Positions 30,267-40,502 of a stretch of DNA of 50,401 bases are shown one piece after another. How positions within the stretch are numbered: the first letter of the stretch is position 1; each line of letters begins with the position of its first letter. The notes under the pieces were generated by a model that ran no database searches, was not told the origin of the DNA, and worked only from the letters and a program-made list of their open reading frames with translations. This DNA is from a virus: IMG/VR virus record IMGVR_UViG_3300028549_001760; one strand, 5' to 3'. The position numbers and the translations under genes were made by a program.

Positions 30267-30501
30267 TTCCTACTTGGGGACACTCCCTACTCCAAGGATG
30301 CTGGCTTGCTTAGAGGACATGAGGGATTTGGCGGGGCTTATGCCTCATGCCCCGCAGGAAGTCTACTTGAAATATCAAAAACGATTTCAGGAGATCTTAA
30401 CAGATTTTTATCTTGAGGCTGCGCCTTTCTTAGAAACGCATGGCGACCTTGTTGAAGAGCGGAGGGCTAAGTGGCTGTCAGATTCACATACCAGGGGATG
30501 A
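30235..30501 (+). CDS. Hypothetical 88-aa protein
   Basis: ORF track. It overlaps the upstream gene by 32 nt, so the start is uncertain. Confidence 0.4.
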   Translation: MTCYQGYGICDSYLGTLPTPRMLACLEDMRDLAGLMPHAPQEVYLKYQKRFQEILTDFYLEAAPFLETHGDLVEERRAKWLSDSHTRG

Positions 30502-30671
30502 AGAAATCCGGCGAGATTGTTGCCACTATCCCGCCGAACACTTTTCCGGGTGAAGTGTTGAGTACACCGATCACCCAAAGGATGTACAAACCAGAGCCCC
30601 GGAACTACGAGTCATTCCTTATTGAGTCCGGCGGAAAGTTCTACTGGCCCCGTATCGAGGAAATGCTGTGA
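30471..30671 (+). CDS. Hypothetical 66-aa protein
   Basis: GTG start 4 nt after GGAGGG. The stop overlaps the terL start. Confidence 0.4.
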   Translation: MAVRFTYQGMKKSGEIVATIPPNTFPGEVLSTPITQRMYKPEPRNYESFLIESGGKFYWPRIEEML

Positions 30672-32119
30672 GTGTCGCCCTGCAGCGGGATAAGCTGAAA
30701 GAGTTTATCCAGATCCGCATCGCATTAGCAAGAAAGTCCTTCTGGCAGTACTGTATGGCTGCGGACCCGATCTTCTACCTTCCGGAGCGGAAGCATCTAA
30801 AAATCCTGTGCAACACCCTTCAAGCCCTCTTCGAGTCCAAGATTGTGCGAAAGCCTGGCGAAGAGTGGCGCATGATCCTACCGGATGAACCCCTCTCCGA
30901 TCTTGAGGTTTGCCGGAATCTAATTATCAATATGCCGCCGCGCCACGGCAAGACGCGCACCTTAGTCCTCTTCGAGGCTTGGATCCTCGGCCGCAACAAA
31001 TTGGCCAAGTTCGTGACGGCCAGTTATAATGACGACGCAGCTGCCGATATTTCCCGGTACGTCCGCGACACCCTGGCCGAAGTGAAGCAGGGACCCACCC
31101 ATATTGTCTATGCGGACATTTTTGACACAACTATCAAAAAGTCGGACGCATCGATTCAACGCTGGGCTGTCGATGGATCATACTTCTCTTATATTGGAAC
31201 GGGCCCGGGTGGTACCGTCACCGGCAAGGGCGCTGACTGGCTGATTGTTGATGACCCGGTCAAGAACGCGGAAACCGCCTTTAACGCCCTGGCCATGAAG
31301 AAAATCAATTCCTGGGTGATGAACACCCTATTGTCCAGAACCGAATCGGGCGCGCGCAAAATCATCGTGCATACTCGCTGGCCGAACGGCGATATCACCC
31401 ATGCCTTCATGTCCAGCCCCGAAGCCCATACCTTCTATCACCTGGTCATGGAAGCATACGACGGCACCGATATGCTGTGCGACGAAATCATGTCCAAGGC
31501 AGATTACGACTCAAAGCGCAATTTGATGGACATGACCATCTTCGAGGCGAACTACAATCAGCATATCATCCGGCCGGAGGGCGCGCTGTACCGTGACCTC
31601 AAGACCTATACAATCCTGCCTGAAAGCCCCGAGCGCGAGATCTGCTTTATCGATACGGCTGACAAGGGCGAGGACTTTCTTTGCGCCGTGTTCGGTGTGG
31701 TGGCCGGATCCTACGCTTACGTCACCGATGTGGTGTACACCCAGGAACCTGTCGAAGCCTCCCAGCCTCTTGTTGTGGAAGCCCTGATCTCGAACGGTAC
31801 CAAGGAACTATGCGTCGAATCAAACTCGGGCGGCGCCGGGTTTGCCAAGGATGTAGAGGAAATGTTGATCAAGCGGGGATATAATCTGTCAGTGGAAACA
31901 CCGATGCAGCTATCAAACAAGGAAACCAGACTGATTACGAATTCCGCCGCTGTCCAGCAACGTATTCTTTTCCCCCTTGACTGGAATGATAGATTCCCGC
32001 AATACTATGAAGCAATGACCCAGCACTTGCGTATCGGTCGCAATTTACACGATGATGCTCCGGATGCCACAACGGGGTTCTACGAGTTTGCTTTCGATGG
32101 AGGTGTGATATTAGCCTGA
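30668..32119 (+). CDS. terL: Terminase large subunit
   Basis: Walker A-like PPRHGKTRT, Walker B DWLIVDDP and IIVHTRW. The C-terminal nuclease half has IDTADKGEDF. Confidence 0.85.
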   Translation: MSVALQRDKLKEFIQIRIALARKSFWQYCMAADPIFYLPERKHLKILCNTLQALFESKIVRKPGEEWRMILPDEPLSDLEVCRNLIINMPPRHGKTRTLVLFEAWILGRNKLAKFVTASYNDDAAADISRYVRDTLAEVKQGPTHIVYADIFDTTIKKSDASIQRWAVDGSYFSYIGTGPGGTVTGKGADWLIVDDPVKNAETAFNALAMKKINSWVMNTLLSRTESGARKIIVHTRWPNGDITHAFMSSPEAHTFYHLVMEAYDGTDMLCDEIMSKADYDSKRNLMDMTIFEANYNQHIIRPEGALYRDLKTYTILPESPEREICFIDTADKGEDFLCAVFGVVAGSYAYVTDVVYTQEPVEASQPLVVEALISNGTKELCVESNSGGAGFAKDVEEMLIKRGYNLSVETPMQLSNKETRLITNSAAVQQRILFPLDWNDRFPQYYEAMTQHLRIGRNLHDDAPDATTGFYEFAFDGGVILA

Positions 32120-32139
32120 AAGAACGATTCCAACTTGCC

Positions 32140-33483
32140 ATGCTTTCGATGGCAGGTGTTCGTGATCAGCGCGTTCAACGATCCATCCTGTCTACGCTCG
32201 GCGCAAAACTCACCGAGGGCTTTACCGACTTCGACATCAAGGACCCTAGGGCAACGAAGATCACTGACCCCATGTTGCAGAACAAGTGGGTTAATATCTC
32301 TGTTTCCATTCGCGCGCGAAACTTATCCCGTCCAGCCCTGAAAGTCTACAAGGGCTACAAAGAATCCACCTCCGGCCCGCTCTTCTCGCTCTTCCAGTCT
32401 CCCAACGCCAATATGTCGATGAAGGCCATGATCTGGCTGTCGTCCATGTGGTGGGACATTGAGGGTGAGTTCTTCTGGTGGTTTGGTGGCAAGGCCGGCT
32501 TCCCGAAGGAAATCTACGTCCTGTCGCCGCGCCGCATGGAGTATGAAACCTACTCCAAGAAGTGGTTCTTTACCAATGACGAGGGCGAACGGATCCCGAT
32601 GGCCCCCGAGGAATTCTTCCACTGTTACGAGCCGAACATTTGGAACCCGATCCGCGGCGTGCCGCCAATGGCCGCCCTGGCTATGGAGCTTGAGCAGGAT
32701 TGGTCGGTCAACAAGGAACTGATCAAAGCGCTCAACGCCTCTGCAATCCCCCAAGGTATCTTAAAGACCGAGCAGCGCATCACGCCGGCCCAGGCCGATG
32801 ACATCCAGCTGCGATGGGACCAGAAGTACGGGCGGTCCAAGGGCGACAAACGTATCGCCGTTCTCGGCCAGGGTACTTCCTTCCAAGCCCTGAACGAGGA
32901 TCTGTTAAAGTACACGACCATTTCCGAGGATAACCGCACGGCGATCCTGACCAAGTATGGTATCCCGCTCAAAGTGGCCAACGCCACTTCTGAAAAGACC
33001 GCTCTGTCTGGAAAAGATTCCGACGAGCAGTACCGGGCGCTCTGGTCCCAAACCCTGATCCCTGTCCAGAAGTTTTGGGCCGGCGAGATCAAGACCAAGT
33101 TTCTCAACCGCTTTGGCCTCAACACCTATTCGGTGGATTTTGACAATACCGATATACCAGAACTGCAAGAGCAGGAAGCCGACCTGCACAAGCGCTTGCG
33201 CGAAGATATCGCGGCCGGGCTCTTAACGCCCAACGAAGCGCGCGAGATCATCCACTACGACGCGGTAGAAAATGGCGATACTTTGCGCGGCGGGCAGGCG
33301 CCCGAAAAACCAGCGGATCAAGGAGTTAGCGATGCTGATACGGAAACAGGGGAACCTGCTAAATCTGGCGGGCGAAGAGCTCGTTCAGTTTTTCAAGGAC
33401 AATTCGACAAACAAAGGAGCGCTGAAAGAAGAGATAACGCTCTTCAAGGGCTTTTCGACTATTTTCAAGGAAGCGGAGGGTAG
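32140..33483 (+). CDS. Portal protein (HK97-type)
   Basis: 447 aa, directly after terL and before the prohead protease. The size and conserved central region are typical of portals. Confidence 0.75.
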   Translation: MLSMAGVRDQRVQRSILSTLGAKLTEGFTDFDIKDPRATKITDPMLQNKWVNISVSIRARNLSRPALKVYKGYKESTSGPLFSLFQSPNANMSMKAMIWLSSMWWDIEGEFFWWFGGKAGFPKEIYVLSPRRMEYETYSKKWFFTNDEGERIPMAPEEFFHCYEPNIWNPIRGVPPMAALAMELEQDWSVNKELIKALNASAIPQGILKTEQRITPAQADDIQLRWDQKYGRSKGDKRIAVLGQGTSFQALNEDLLKYTTISEDNRTAILTKYGIPLKVANATSEKTALSGKDSDEQYRALWSQTLIPVQKFWAGEIKTKFLNRFGLNTYSVDFDNTDIPELQEQEADLHKRLREDIAAGLLTPNEAREIIHYDAVENGDTLRGGQAPEKPADQGVSDADTETGEPAKSGGRRARSVFQGQFDKQRSAERRDNALQGLFDYFQGSGG

Positions 33484-33988
33484 TGACGGCCTGGTCCACT
33501 TCACCTTCTCGACCGACGACGTCGATTCCTACGGCGACGTTGTAGAGCAGGACGGATGGGACCTGTCTCGGTACCAGAAGAACCCTGTTATCTTGTGGGG
33601 CCATGACCACAAGATTCCGCTCATTGGTATCGCCAGGAATGTGGCCAAAGCCCCGACCCTGGCCGGCGACATTATGTTCGTCCCCAAGGAGATCCACCCG
33701 TTCGCTGGGATGGTAGCAGACATGGTCAAGACCGGCTTCATCAAGGCCGGCTCTGTCGGCTTCAACCCGATGGAGTGGGAACTGATCGAAGAGAAGAGCG
33801 GCAACCAAACGTACATCGTTGGGTATCGCTTCAAGAAACAAGAGCTGATGGAATTCTCCATCTGTAACGTACCTGCCAACCCCTTTGCACTGACCGACCC
33901 CAAACAGGCCGAGCAGGGCGAGGAAAAGACTCTGTCTCAAAAGCCCCCGTTCGGCGGCTTTAGTATATTCATTCAAGGAGCGCAATGA
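33332..33988 (+). CDS. Prohead maturation protease (HK97 family, S78-like)
   Basis: AAGGAG lies 6 nt before ATG 33332. FSTDDVDSYGDVV...NPVILWGHD is the family pattern. With this start the gene overlaps the portal 3' end by about 150 nt. Confidence 0.75.
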   Translation: MLIRKQGNLLNLAGEELVQFFKDNSTNKGALKEEITLFKGFSTIFKEAEGSDGLVHFTFSTDDVDSYGDVVEQDGWDLSRYQKNPVILWGHDHKIPLIGIARNVAKAPTLAGDIMFVPKEIHPFAGMVADMVKTGFIKAGSVGFNPMEWELIEEKSGNQTYIVGYRFKKQELMEFSICNVPANPFALTDPKQAEQGEEKTLSQKPPFGGFSIFIQGAQ

Positions 33989-35325
33989 TGGACGAACTCA
34001 AGCTGCTTCTTGAGGCCCTCAAGACCGCGAAGAAGGTTGAAGCCGCTGGCTTCTCGACTCCAGACGAAGTGAAAACTTATCTGGCCGAGAAGGAAGCGCT
34101 GATGGATTCCGTCGCCAAGGCGATGGACGCTATCAACGAAACCCAGTCCGCCGAAATCGGGGCACTCAAGGCACAGGTAGAAGGCTTAAAGGCCAGCATT
34201 ACCACCAATCAGGAGCCGAAGATCCTAAGCCAGGAAACCATCCTGGCCGACATCGGCAAAATGGTCACGGCTATCTGCCGCCGCGACACCGTCACCATCG
34301 GCGAGAACAAGTACGCCACCCCGAACCTCAAGTCGGGCGTCGATATGGATTGGACCCGCGAGCGGGCCGTATCCTTCGACAAGAACGGCGGGCGTTTCGT
34401 TAATCGCGACCCCACCGGCACCCCGTTCGGCCAAGGCACCGATGGCCAGTACGTTATCAACACCATCTACGAGCGCGAGCTTTTGCGCTACGCCAACAAG
34501 CAGTCGGCGATGATGGGCCAGGTACGCACTGTCCCGATGATTGGCAACACCCTGTCGTGGCCCACCCTCGACAAGGTTTCCGGCAATCTGACCTGGCATA
34601 ACAACCCGCAGGGTGACAATCACCCCTACCGCGAGGTTGGCCGCCCGTCGTTCGGCGCTCGTGTCGAATTGACCTGTCAGACCCTCGCCGGCTGGATTCC
34701 TTGGTACGATATGTTCCAAGACGACATCCAGGTCAACGTCCAGATCGGCCAGCTTTTCATGGAAATGTTCGCCGAGATCTATGGCCAGGAATTCGACTAC
34801 CAGGTATTGTTCGCCAGCTCCGATCCGTTCACCGGGTTGTTCAAGGCTGCCGGTACCCTGGAGTATACCATTTCTGGCTCGACCCCGATGGCCACCGTCC
34901 TCGACGACCTGGTCAACGCTCCGCTCCGCGTCCGCTTCGAGGACCGCAGCAAGGGCTTGTGGATCGTGTCCGAAGATTTCGTCACCTGGTTAGCCGCCAA
35001 CCGTAACGCCCTTGGTGATTACGTCTGGCAGTCCCCGATCGAAGGTCAGCGCCCCGGACAGATCGCCGGCCGCCCCTACATCGAGGTCCACAACCAGATG
35101 AAGTCCATTCACGAGGTTGGCGCCGGCGAAGCTTTCGCCTGGTACGGCGACCCGAAACAAGTCATGTGGCACGGCGACCGCATGGGCATTGAAATCCGCT
35201 CTTACCGTGAGACGACAGAAAATATGCTCTACGGCGAAGAGTTCATCAGGTTCCGCAAGCGCGATGGCTTCAAGGCCGTTCAGACCGACAAAGCTGTCTT
35301 GCTCAAGACCGCGGCGAGGGGGTAA
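33985..35325 (+). CDS. Major capsid protein, HK97 fold, with an N-terminal coiled-coil delta domain
   Basis: 446 aa, directly after the protease (ATGA overlap). The N-terminal roughly 100 aa are coiled-coil (LKLLLEALKTAKK...QVEGLKASI). Confidence 0.8.
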   Translation: MMDELKLLLEALKTAKKVEAAGFSTPDEVKTYLAEKEALMDSVAKAMDAINETQSAEIGALKAQVEGLKASITTNQEPKILSQETILADIGKMVTAICRRDTVTIGENKYATPNLKSGVDMDWTRERAVSFDKNGGRFVNRDPTGTPFGQGTDGQYVINTIYERELLRYANKQSAMMGQVRTVPMIGNTLSWPTLDKVSGNLTWHNNPQGDNHPYREVGRPSFGARVELTCQTLAGWIPWYDMFQDDIQVNVQIGQLFMEMFAEIYGQEFDYQVLFASSDPFTGLFKAAGTLEYTISGSTPMATVLDDLVNAPLRVRFEDRSKGLWIVSEDFVTWLAANRNALGDYVWQSPIEGQRPGQIAGRPYIEVHNQMKSIHEVGAGEAFAWYGDPKQVMWHGDRMGIEIRSYRETTENMLYGEEFIRFRKRDGFKAVQTDKAVLLKTAARG

Positions 35326-35328
35326 TCC

Positions 35329-35886
35329 ATGTTGAACATTCTTAAGTGGAAGCGCGTTGGCCCGGTAACTGCCGTGGCCGACACCGCCTACACCAAACTG
35401 ATCGATCCGAATCCCATCCGGGGCCGGTCGATCATCACCCGCCTGGCTATCACCTGCGGTGCGACTGCGCACACGCTGTCCGTGATGCAGGTCGCCCTCA
35501 AGACCTTCCTGACCGCGATTGCCGCGGCCGGCCAGGCCGTAATCAATGTGGACGACGCCACTGGCTTCACCGCCAACGATTTCGTCGCTGTCATGCTGCC
35601 TAACGGCCGCTATGAAGCGCACAAAATCGCGTCCGTCGCCACCAAGGCTATCACCCTGACCGCCAACTTAGGCACCGCCCTGGCCCTGAACGCCCCGGTG
35701 TGTCTGTTCGGTGCTCCGAGTGAGAACGAGCAGATTACCATCCCGACCAGTGCCACCACAGTCTACGAAAGCGAAGAAGGTTACTTCGGCGCCAACGAGA
35801 TGGGTGAGCCGATGCTGCTCCATGTGAACAACATCACGGCCGCGTCGAAAATCGACTCGGTCAACTGCCCGATCATTTCAGTATGA
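35329..35886 (+). CDS. Hypothetical head-associated protein (185 aa)
   Basis: ORF track. It lies between the capsid and connector genes. Confidence 0.5.
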   Translation: MLNILKWKRVGPVTAVADTAYTKLIDPNPIRGRSIITRLAITCGATAHTLSVMQVALKTFLTAIAAAGQAVINVDDATGFTANDFVAVMLPNGRYEAHKIASVATKAITLTANLGTALALNAPVCLFGAPSENEQITIPTSATTVYESEEGYFGANEMGEPMLLHVNNITAASKIDSVNCPIISV

Positions 35887-35940
35887 TCGGTGTGGCTCCC
35901 TGGAAACGGGGGGCCACTTAACTAACCAATTGGAGGGGGC

Positions 35941-36480
35941 ATGAGAAAACAATCCCAGGAGCGGCTGCCGTACAGTGCGCTGTTGCCGGAATACGTTCCC
36001 ACGCCGATCGCTACAGAGCTTGTTCTTCACCCAACCCCCTCTTCCCAGGCAGATTCAACCCTTCCGCTTGAGGTATCGGCGGTTGCGCCGAACGGATGGC
36101 AAGAAGGGACTGGCGCATACGTTTTAGCGCTGGTTGATTTTTCAAGCCCGTGTCCCAATGATGTCACCAGCGTAGCGACGATTAGCCTTGTCGCCACGGT
36201 CCATGACCAGTTCGATGCGTTTGCGAGTTCGGCGGCATACGATACCGATGTCCTGCCGGAGGAATACCGTGTTGGTGGAGATCCCACCGCCGAATTCCAC
36301 AAAAACGTGCCGATAATTATTGGACCGCTTGATTTAACCGGGTTCTCGATCCTTTCCAGAATTGACCTGGAGATATCGAGGAATGATGACTGGCCAGGCG
36401 AGATCCTGATCAAGCATCTAATCCTGCTTACGCCGCAGGATTCCATCGGATCTAATTACCCAAGAGCAAGGAGCGTGTAA
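35941..36480 (+). CDS. Hypothetical structural-module protein (179 aa)
   Basis: ORF track. GGAGGGGG lies upstream of the ATG. Confidence 0.5.
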   Translation: MRKQSQERLPYSALLPEYVPTPIATELVLHPTPSSQADSTLPLEVSAVAPNGWQEGTGAYVLALVDFSSPCPNDVTSVATISLVATVHDQFDAFASSAAYDTDVLPEEYRVGGDPTAEFHKNVPIIIGPLDLTGFSILSRIDLEISRNDDWPGEILIKHLILLTPQDSIGSNYPRARSV

Positions 36481-36605
36481 TGCCTATCAGAATATATAAG
36501 CACGAAGAGCAGCCCGAAGCGGCTGCTGATCTGGACAAGAAGCCAGATCCAGCCGACAAGAAGAAGAAGAAGGAGGATCCCGATGCCGACCGGCAGACCC
36601 AATAA
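36480..36605 (+). CDS. Possible 41-aa highly charged ORF (below the track cut-off)
   Basis: AAGGAG lies 7 nt before the ATG, with a TAATG overlap with the upstream stop. The sequence is MPIRIYKHEEQPEAAADLDKKPDPADKKKKKEDPDADRQTQ. Confidence 0.4.
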   Translation: MPIRIYKHEEQPEAAADLDKKPDPADKKKKKEDPDADRQTQ

Positions 36606-36741
36606 ATATCGAGACGAGGCTGACGCTCGGAAGATGGCGTATCGGAACGACATCACCACCATGCGTCGGGAACCTGTTGTCAAAGTAGCGCGGAAGAAGC
36701 AGCGCTCTGATAAATCCGAACAGACCACCGAGGAAAATTAA
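36583..36741 (+). CDS. Possible 52-aa basic ORF (below the track cut-off)
   Basis: AGGAGG lies 6 nt before the ATG. The sequence is MPTGRPNKYRDEADARKMAYRND... and it ends 1 nt before the next gene start. Confidence 0.4.
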   Translation: MPTGRPNKYRDEADARKMAYRNDITTMRREPVVKVARKKQRSDKSEQTTEEN

Positions 36742-36742
36742 C

Positions 36743-37435
36743 ATGGACCTAGCCCCTGGCGCACTGATTACGCTTGCTCGATGCCTTGGCTACTTTGATT
36801 CACAAGAAGAGCCAGAAAAAATCATCCCGCTGATCAATTATGCGTCCGGGGCGATCTCTGCCCACTGTCATAGGGAGTTCATTCGGTCAACCATAATTCG
36901 GTTGGCCAGCTCCTATGCAGACAAGACGATTGCCCTGGATGGCAAGCCCATTCTGGACATTATCTCGTTGCGCTACGATACGACCCGGGTGTTCGAGGTG
37001 GAAACCGAGATTGACCCCACCCTGTATACGTTCAGCGCAGAAAAGGGCATTATCCGCCTGACCACCGAATACGACTACGGCGACGACGTATTCAGGGTGG
37101 AAACCATCGAAGGGTACGACCGCGTTGCCTACACCCAGGTAGAAGAGCCGGCCGCTCCAATCGAGAACGATGTCTGGCAGAAAACTGACGGTACCTTGTT
37201 GCAGTTCAAGGCCGGAGTATGGACGCCGTTTTTTGGCTTTGTGGTCCCGCCGGACCTGGAAGGCGCTTGTGCCGAATACGTCTCCTACCTGAAAGTGAGA
37301 ATGAGGACCGGCGGCGCTGGTACCATTAGTCGCAAGCGCGGTTACTCCTTTGAGGGCGGCCAGGTGGATTACGAGCTTGATATGCCGATCCACATCAAAA
37401 ACCTTCTCGCCCCTTACGTTATCGGAGCATTCTGA
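36743..37435 (+). CDS. Head-tail connector (gp6-like adaptor)
   Basis: The N-terminal LITLARCLGYFDSQEEPEKIIPLINYASGAISAHC fits the connector pattern. The position also fits. Confidence 0.55.
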   Translation: MDLAPGALITLARCLGYFDSQEEPEKIIPLINYASGAISAHCHREFIRSTIIRLASSYADKTIALDGKPILDIISLRYDTTRVFEVETEIDPTLYTFSAEKGIIRLTTEYDYGDDVFRVETIEGYDRVAYTQVEEPAAPIENDVWQKTDGTLLQFKAGVWTPFFGFVVPPDLEGACAEYVSYLKVRMRTGGAGTISRKRGYSFEGGQVDYELDMPIHIKNLLAPYVIGAF

Positions 37436-38202
37436 TGGACAGAGATAGAGTCGAGTTCAGGATTTCTACCAGGGAGAAAGCCGTTGCACCAACCGGCGAG
37501 TTCCTGAAAAATCTCGCCATAATCAACGAGAATGAAGTCCTGCTCGGCCGCGGCCGTGGCGGTTTAGGCAAGGATGCAATTGGCCGGCAGGTACGCGATG
37601 CTATCGCCAAGAGCCTGTATGAAAGCACCCCAGGGTACAGGGAAGCGGACAGGAAGGCGATGGCTGACAGCGTCCGCGTGGCCATGTCTGCCAGTAGCAC
37701 CGGCGTCACCGCGACGATCAGTTCTGACAACGACTTTTTGTATATGAGGGAAACTGGGAAGAATCCGGCCGGCCAGGTATCTTTCACCAAAGGGACGGGA
37801 AACGCCCGGCGCGATATCGTCAGCGACAAGTATATCATCCCGACCAAGGCGAAAGCCCTGGCCATCCCATTCCGGAAGTTTGCCGGTGCCCCGCAGTTCG
37901 CAGACGCGCTCAAGGAAATGCAGCTTATGGTTGGCACTATCCTGCGCCAGCCGTTCGGTGGCCAGTCTTTCACCGAGCAGACGTCGTACTACTATGATAG
38001 CCCGTTCGACCCTGTCAGTAATGATATTACTGACGGTGGCGGCAAGCCAGTGAAGGAAGCCGTCAAGTTCACGCAGTACGCCAAGATCGCCAGGCGGCCA
38101 TGGATTGAGGCCGGAGCCAATTTCGCCGCGGGTGTGATCGCCGATAATGTCGTCGAGAGCTTACTCGCCAGGATGAATGTCATACAGGGGAATTTCGCAT
38201 GA
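37435..38202 (+). CDS. Neck / head-closure protein (tentative)
   Basis: ORF track. 1-nt overlap with the upstream stop. Assigned by position only. Confidence 0.45.
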   Translation: MDRDRVEFRISTREKAVAPTGEFLKNLAIINENEVLLGRGRGGLGKDAIGRQVRDAIAKSLYESTPGYREADRKAMADSVRVAMSASSTGVTATISSDNDFLYMRETGKNPAGQVSFTKGTGNARRDIVSDKYIIPTKAKALAIPFRKFAGAPQFADALKEMQLMVGTILRQPFGGQSFTEQTSYYYDSPFDPVSNDITDGGGKPVKEAVKFTQYAKIARRPWIEAGANFAAGVIADNVVESLLARMNVIQGNFA

Positions 38203-38678
38203 TCCAGGTATTACTCGTCGAGGAAAACGCGCTCTTGGCGCTGTCCACCTATCTCATGGCCAAGCTGCCTGACTATCTCCAGGCGGTAGAGACGGTGCAG
38301 CTGACTACCAAGCTGGACCTGCCAATGTTCCAAAAAATCGAGATCGAGTATGTCGACCCCGAGGATATTTTCACTTTCCCATTCGCTATGGCCTTTGTGG
38401 CCGACTCGGAAGATGATGTGCAGGACCGGGCTCTTGACAAGAACACTTGCATAGTGCGGTTGATGACCGCTATAGTAGGTAAGCGGTCTACGTTGAAATC
38501 GTATCGATACCACTCCGCGATCCGAGAAGCGATTCAGAATGACCGGACCCTTGGAAGGCGCGGCTGCCGGGCGCGCGTTATGCGCAGGGTTTATTATTCG
38601 CCGGTATCAAAGGGTGATCAAGAGGTTCGCGTTGCCGAATCTTACATAGAAATTACAATGGAGGTCCAGCGAAGATGA
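38199..38678 (+). CDS. Tail completion / tail terminator protein (tentative)
   Basis: ORF track. ATGA overlaps on both sides. Assigned by position only. Confidence 0.45.
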   Translation: MIQVLLVEENALLALSTYLMAKLPDYLQAVETVQLTTKLDLPMFQKIEIEYVDPEDIFTFPFAMAFVADSEDDVQDRALDKNTCIVRLMTAIVGKRSTLKSYRYHSAIREAIQNDRTLGRRGCRARVMRRVYYSPVSKGDQEVRVAESYIEITMEVQRR

Positions 38679-40393
38679 GTATCGTTTCCGGACAAGATTC
38701 AAGACTACAGATCGGCCTCGCGAACACCTGGCGCGTCCCGACCCGTACCAAGCAGCGCGTTCCTTTTACCCAAGAAGGTTTCAAAGGCACGCCCAACTAC
38801 AAGGAGTCCGACGCCCTAGTCGGAGCTTCCGGCATCACCGGCATGAGTATCATGTCGTACAAAGCCGATGGCTCGTTGACGAGCTATCTTCCAATCGACC
38901 TGGCCAAGCTTTTGCTGGCCGCAGCCCTTGGTTTCGAGACTGCCCCGGCCGCCGTCCCTGGCAACGCCGGTCAGTATGTCCACAAGTTTGAGCCGGTGCC
39001 GTCTGGCGCTTGTTCCAACCTGCCGTCCTTGACGGTCGAAATCGATCGCTTGCTTGAGCGCGCCCTGTACATGAATTTCAAGATCGGCACCTGGAAGATC
39101 TCCGGTAAGGCCGAGGACTACGTCATGTTCGAGTGCGACGGCCCGGCTTTCAAAGAATCCATCCAGAACGTCTTGGCCAAGTTCGTTGTCGCTGGAGCCG
39201 CTGCGGTCACCCCTGACGGCACCACCGGCGAGATCACCCTGGCTGTCCATGACCGGATCGTGCTTGACAACAACGGTACCACCGACGAGTTGGTAGGCAA
39301 GATCCTGCGCATACAGGACAAGGTTTCTTGCGGCCAGGTGTTCTATTTCGTCGTGACCGAAGTGGACGACACCACCCCGGGTTCTTACACCCTCACCGCC
39401 GCTACCATGCGGCAGGCTGCCACCGGCCTCCCGGCGGCCATGTTGGTTGCCGGTGCCCGACCGCTTACTCCCTGGTGGGAGAGCAATACCATTCTGGATC
39501 TCCGTGGCCTGACCGCAGAGATCGTGGACTGGGAAATGGCTCCGAGCGTTCCGCTGTCCACCAAAGAGTACCTACGGTTCGTGCATGGTTACCTATACAT
39601 GGACGACGCCGTGGCCGACTACGCGATCCTGCATACCAAGACTGGTATCGCTGGTGACGTAGTCATCGACTGCCCCGCTTCCGTTACCTCCGGCTTCGAA
39701 GTCGAAGGCCGCGACTTGCAGGGCGTCCCCCGTATCTTCAAGTACATCGGCGCTGCGGTTACCCCGGCCGCCGGTGTGATCACCTTCTCTGACACCCCGA
39801 TCCTGACCGATGGTACCATCCAGTCTGTCTACGATGGTGGCATTTTGGCCGCCGCCGCCTGGGAAATCGGTGAGGATCTGTACGACGAAGTCACCGATTT
39901 CACGATTGGTGGCGACAACAAGATGGCGGACGGCAAGTTTGGCCTGAATGGTTCCATGTACCAGTCAGAAGTCAACCCCACCTCCCGCGACTTCACCCTG
40001 GACCTGACCGCCCGGTTTACCGAGCGTCTGTCCAAGCTGCGCAAGCAGCGCATGATGACCGGCCGCCCGATGTCTGTACGTCTCGAGTTCGAGACTACGA
40101 TCGGCGACGGTCCTGAAGGTTACGACGCTGCGAGTTCCGTTGACTCACAGGGCCGCCCATATCGCCTGGTTCTGGAAGCCAAGAAGTGTTATTACACCGA
40201 TGGTATCCCGAACATCGGTGGCGCGGACGAGCCGACTGTCAGCCCGAAACTGCGTTGCGCCGAGACTCCGACCGTTCACAAGGCGATCACCGCCTACGTC
40301 TACGATGACAAAAACGAAGCCGTACTTGGCACCAGCGATGCCCTGGCCGCCGAGTGGAAAGTATCCACCCGCGAGGATGCTTTCTTAGGTTAA
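38675..40393 (+). CDS. Major tail (tube) protein with a large C-terminal extension
   Basis: 572 aa, immediately upstream of the chaperone pair and the tape measure. Followed by a GC hairpin. Confidence 0.55.
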   Translation: MSIVSGQDSRLQIGLANTWRVPTRTKQRVPFTQEGFKGTPNYKESDALVGASGITGMSIMSYKADGSLTSYLPIDLAKLLLAAALGFETAPAAVPGNAGQYVHKFEPVPSGACSNLPSLTVEIDRLLERALYMNFKIGTWKISGKAEDYVMFECDGPAFKESIQNVLAKFVVAGAAAVTPDGTTGEITLAVHDRIVLDNNGTTDELVGKILRIQDKVSCGQVFYFVVTEVDDTTPGSYTLTAATMRQAATGLPAAMLVAGARPLTPWWESNTILDLRGLTAEIVDWEMAPSVPLSTKEYLRFVHGYLYMDDAVADYAILHTKTGIAGDVVIDCPASVTSGFEVEGRDLQGVPRIFKYIGAAVTPAAGVITFSDTPILTDGTIQSVYDGGILAAAAWEIGEDLYDEVTDFTIGGDNKMADGKFGLNGSMYQSEVNPTSRDFTLDLTARFTERLSKLRKQRMMTGRPMSVRLEFETTIGDGPEGYDAASSVDSQGRPYRLVLEAKKCYYTDGIPNIGGADEPTVSPKLRCAETPTVHKAITAYVYDDKNEAVLGTSDALAAEWKVSTREDAFLG

Positions 40394-40399
40394 CTTCTT

Positions 40400-40415
40400 G
40401 GGGGCTTCGGCCCCC
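40400..40415 (+). terminator. GGGGGC-TTCG-GCCCCC hairpin after the major tail gene (attenuator/terminator-like)
   Basis: Perfect 6-bp GC stem with a TTCG loop. Only TT follows, so it is a weak intrinsic terminator at best. Confidence 0.45.
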
Positions 40416-40424
40416 TTGAAGAGT

Positions 40425-40442
40425 TGTGGAAATATTTCCACA
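40425..40442. promoter_or_regulatory. 18-bp palindrome TGTGGAAATATTTCCACA, copy 9
   Basis: Perfect palindrome, 60 nt upstream of ATG 40503. Two further small hairpins (CCTGGC-cta-GCCAGG, CTGCC...GGCAG) lie in between. Confidence 0.8.
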
Positions 40443-40502
40443 ATTTGCCTGGCCTAGCCAGGATATCAACTGCCACGGCAACGGCAGTATAAGGGGCACT
40501 GT

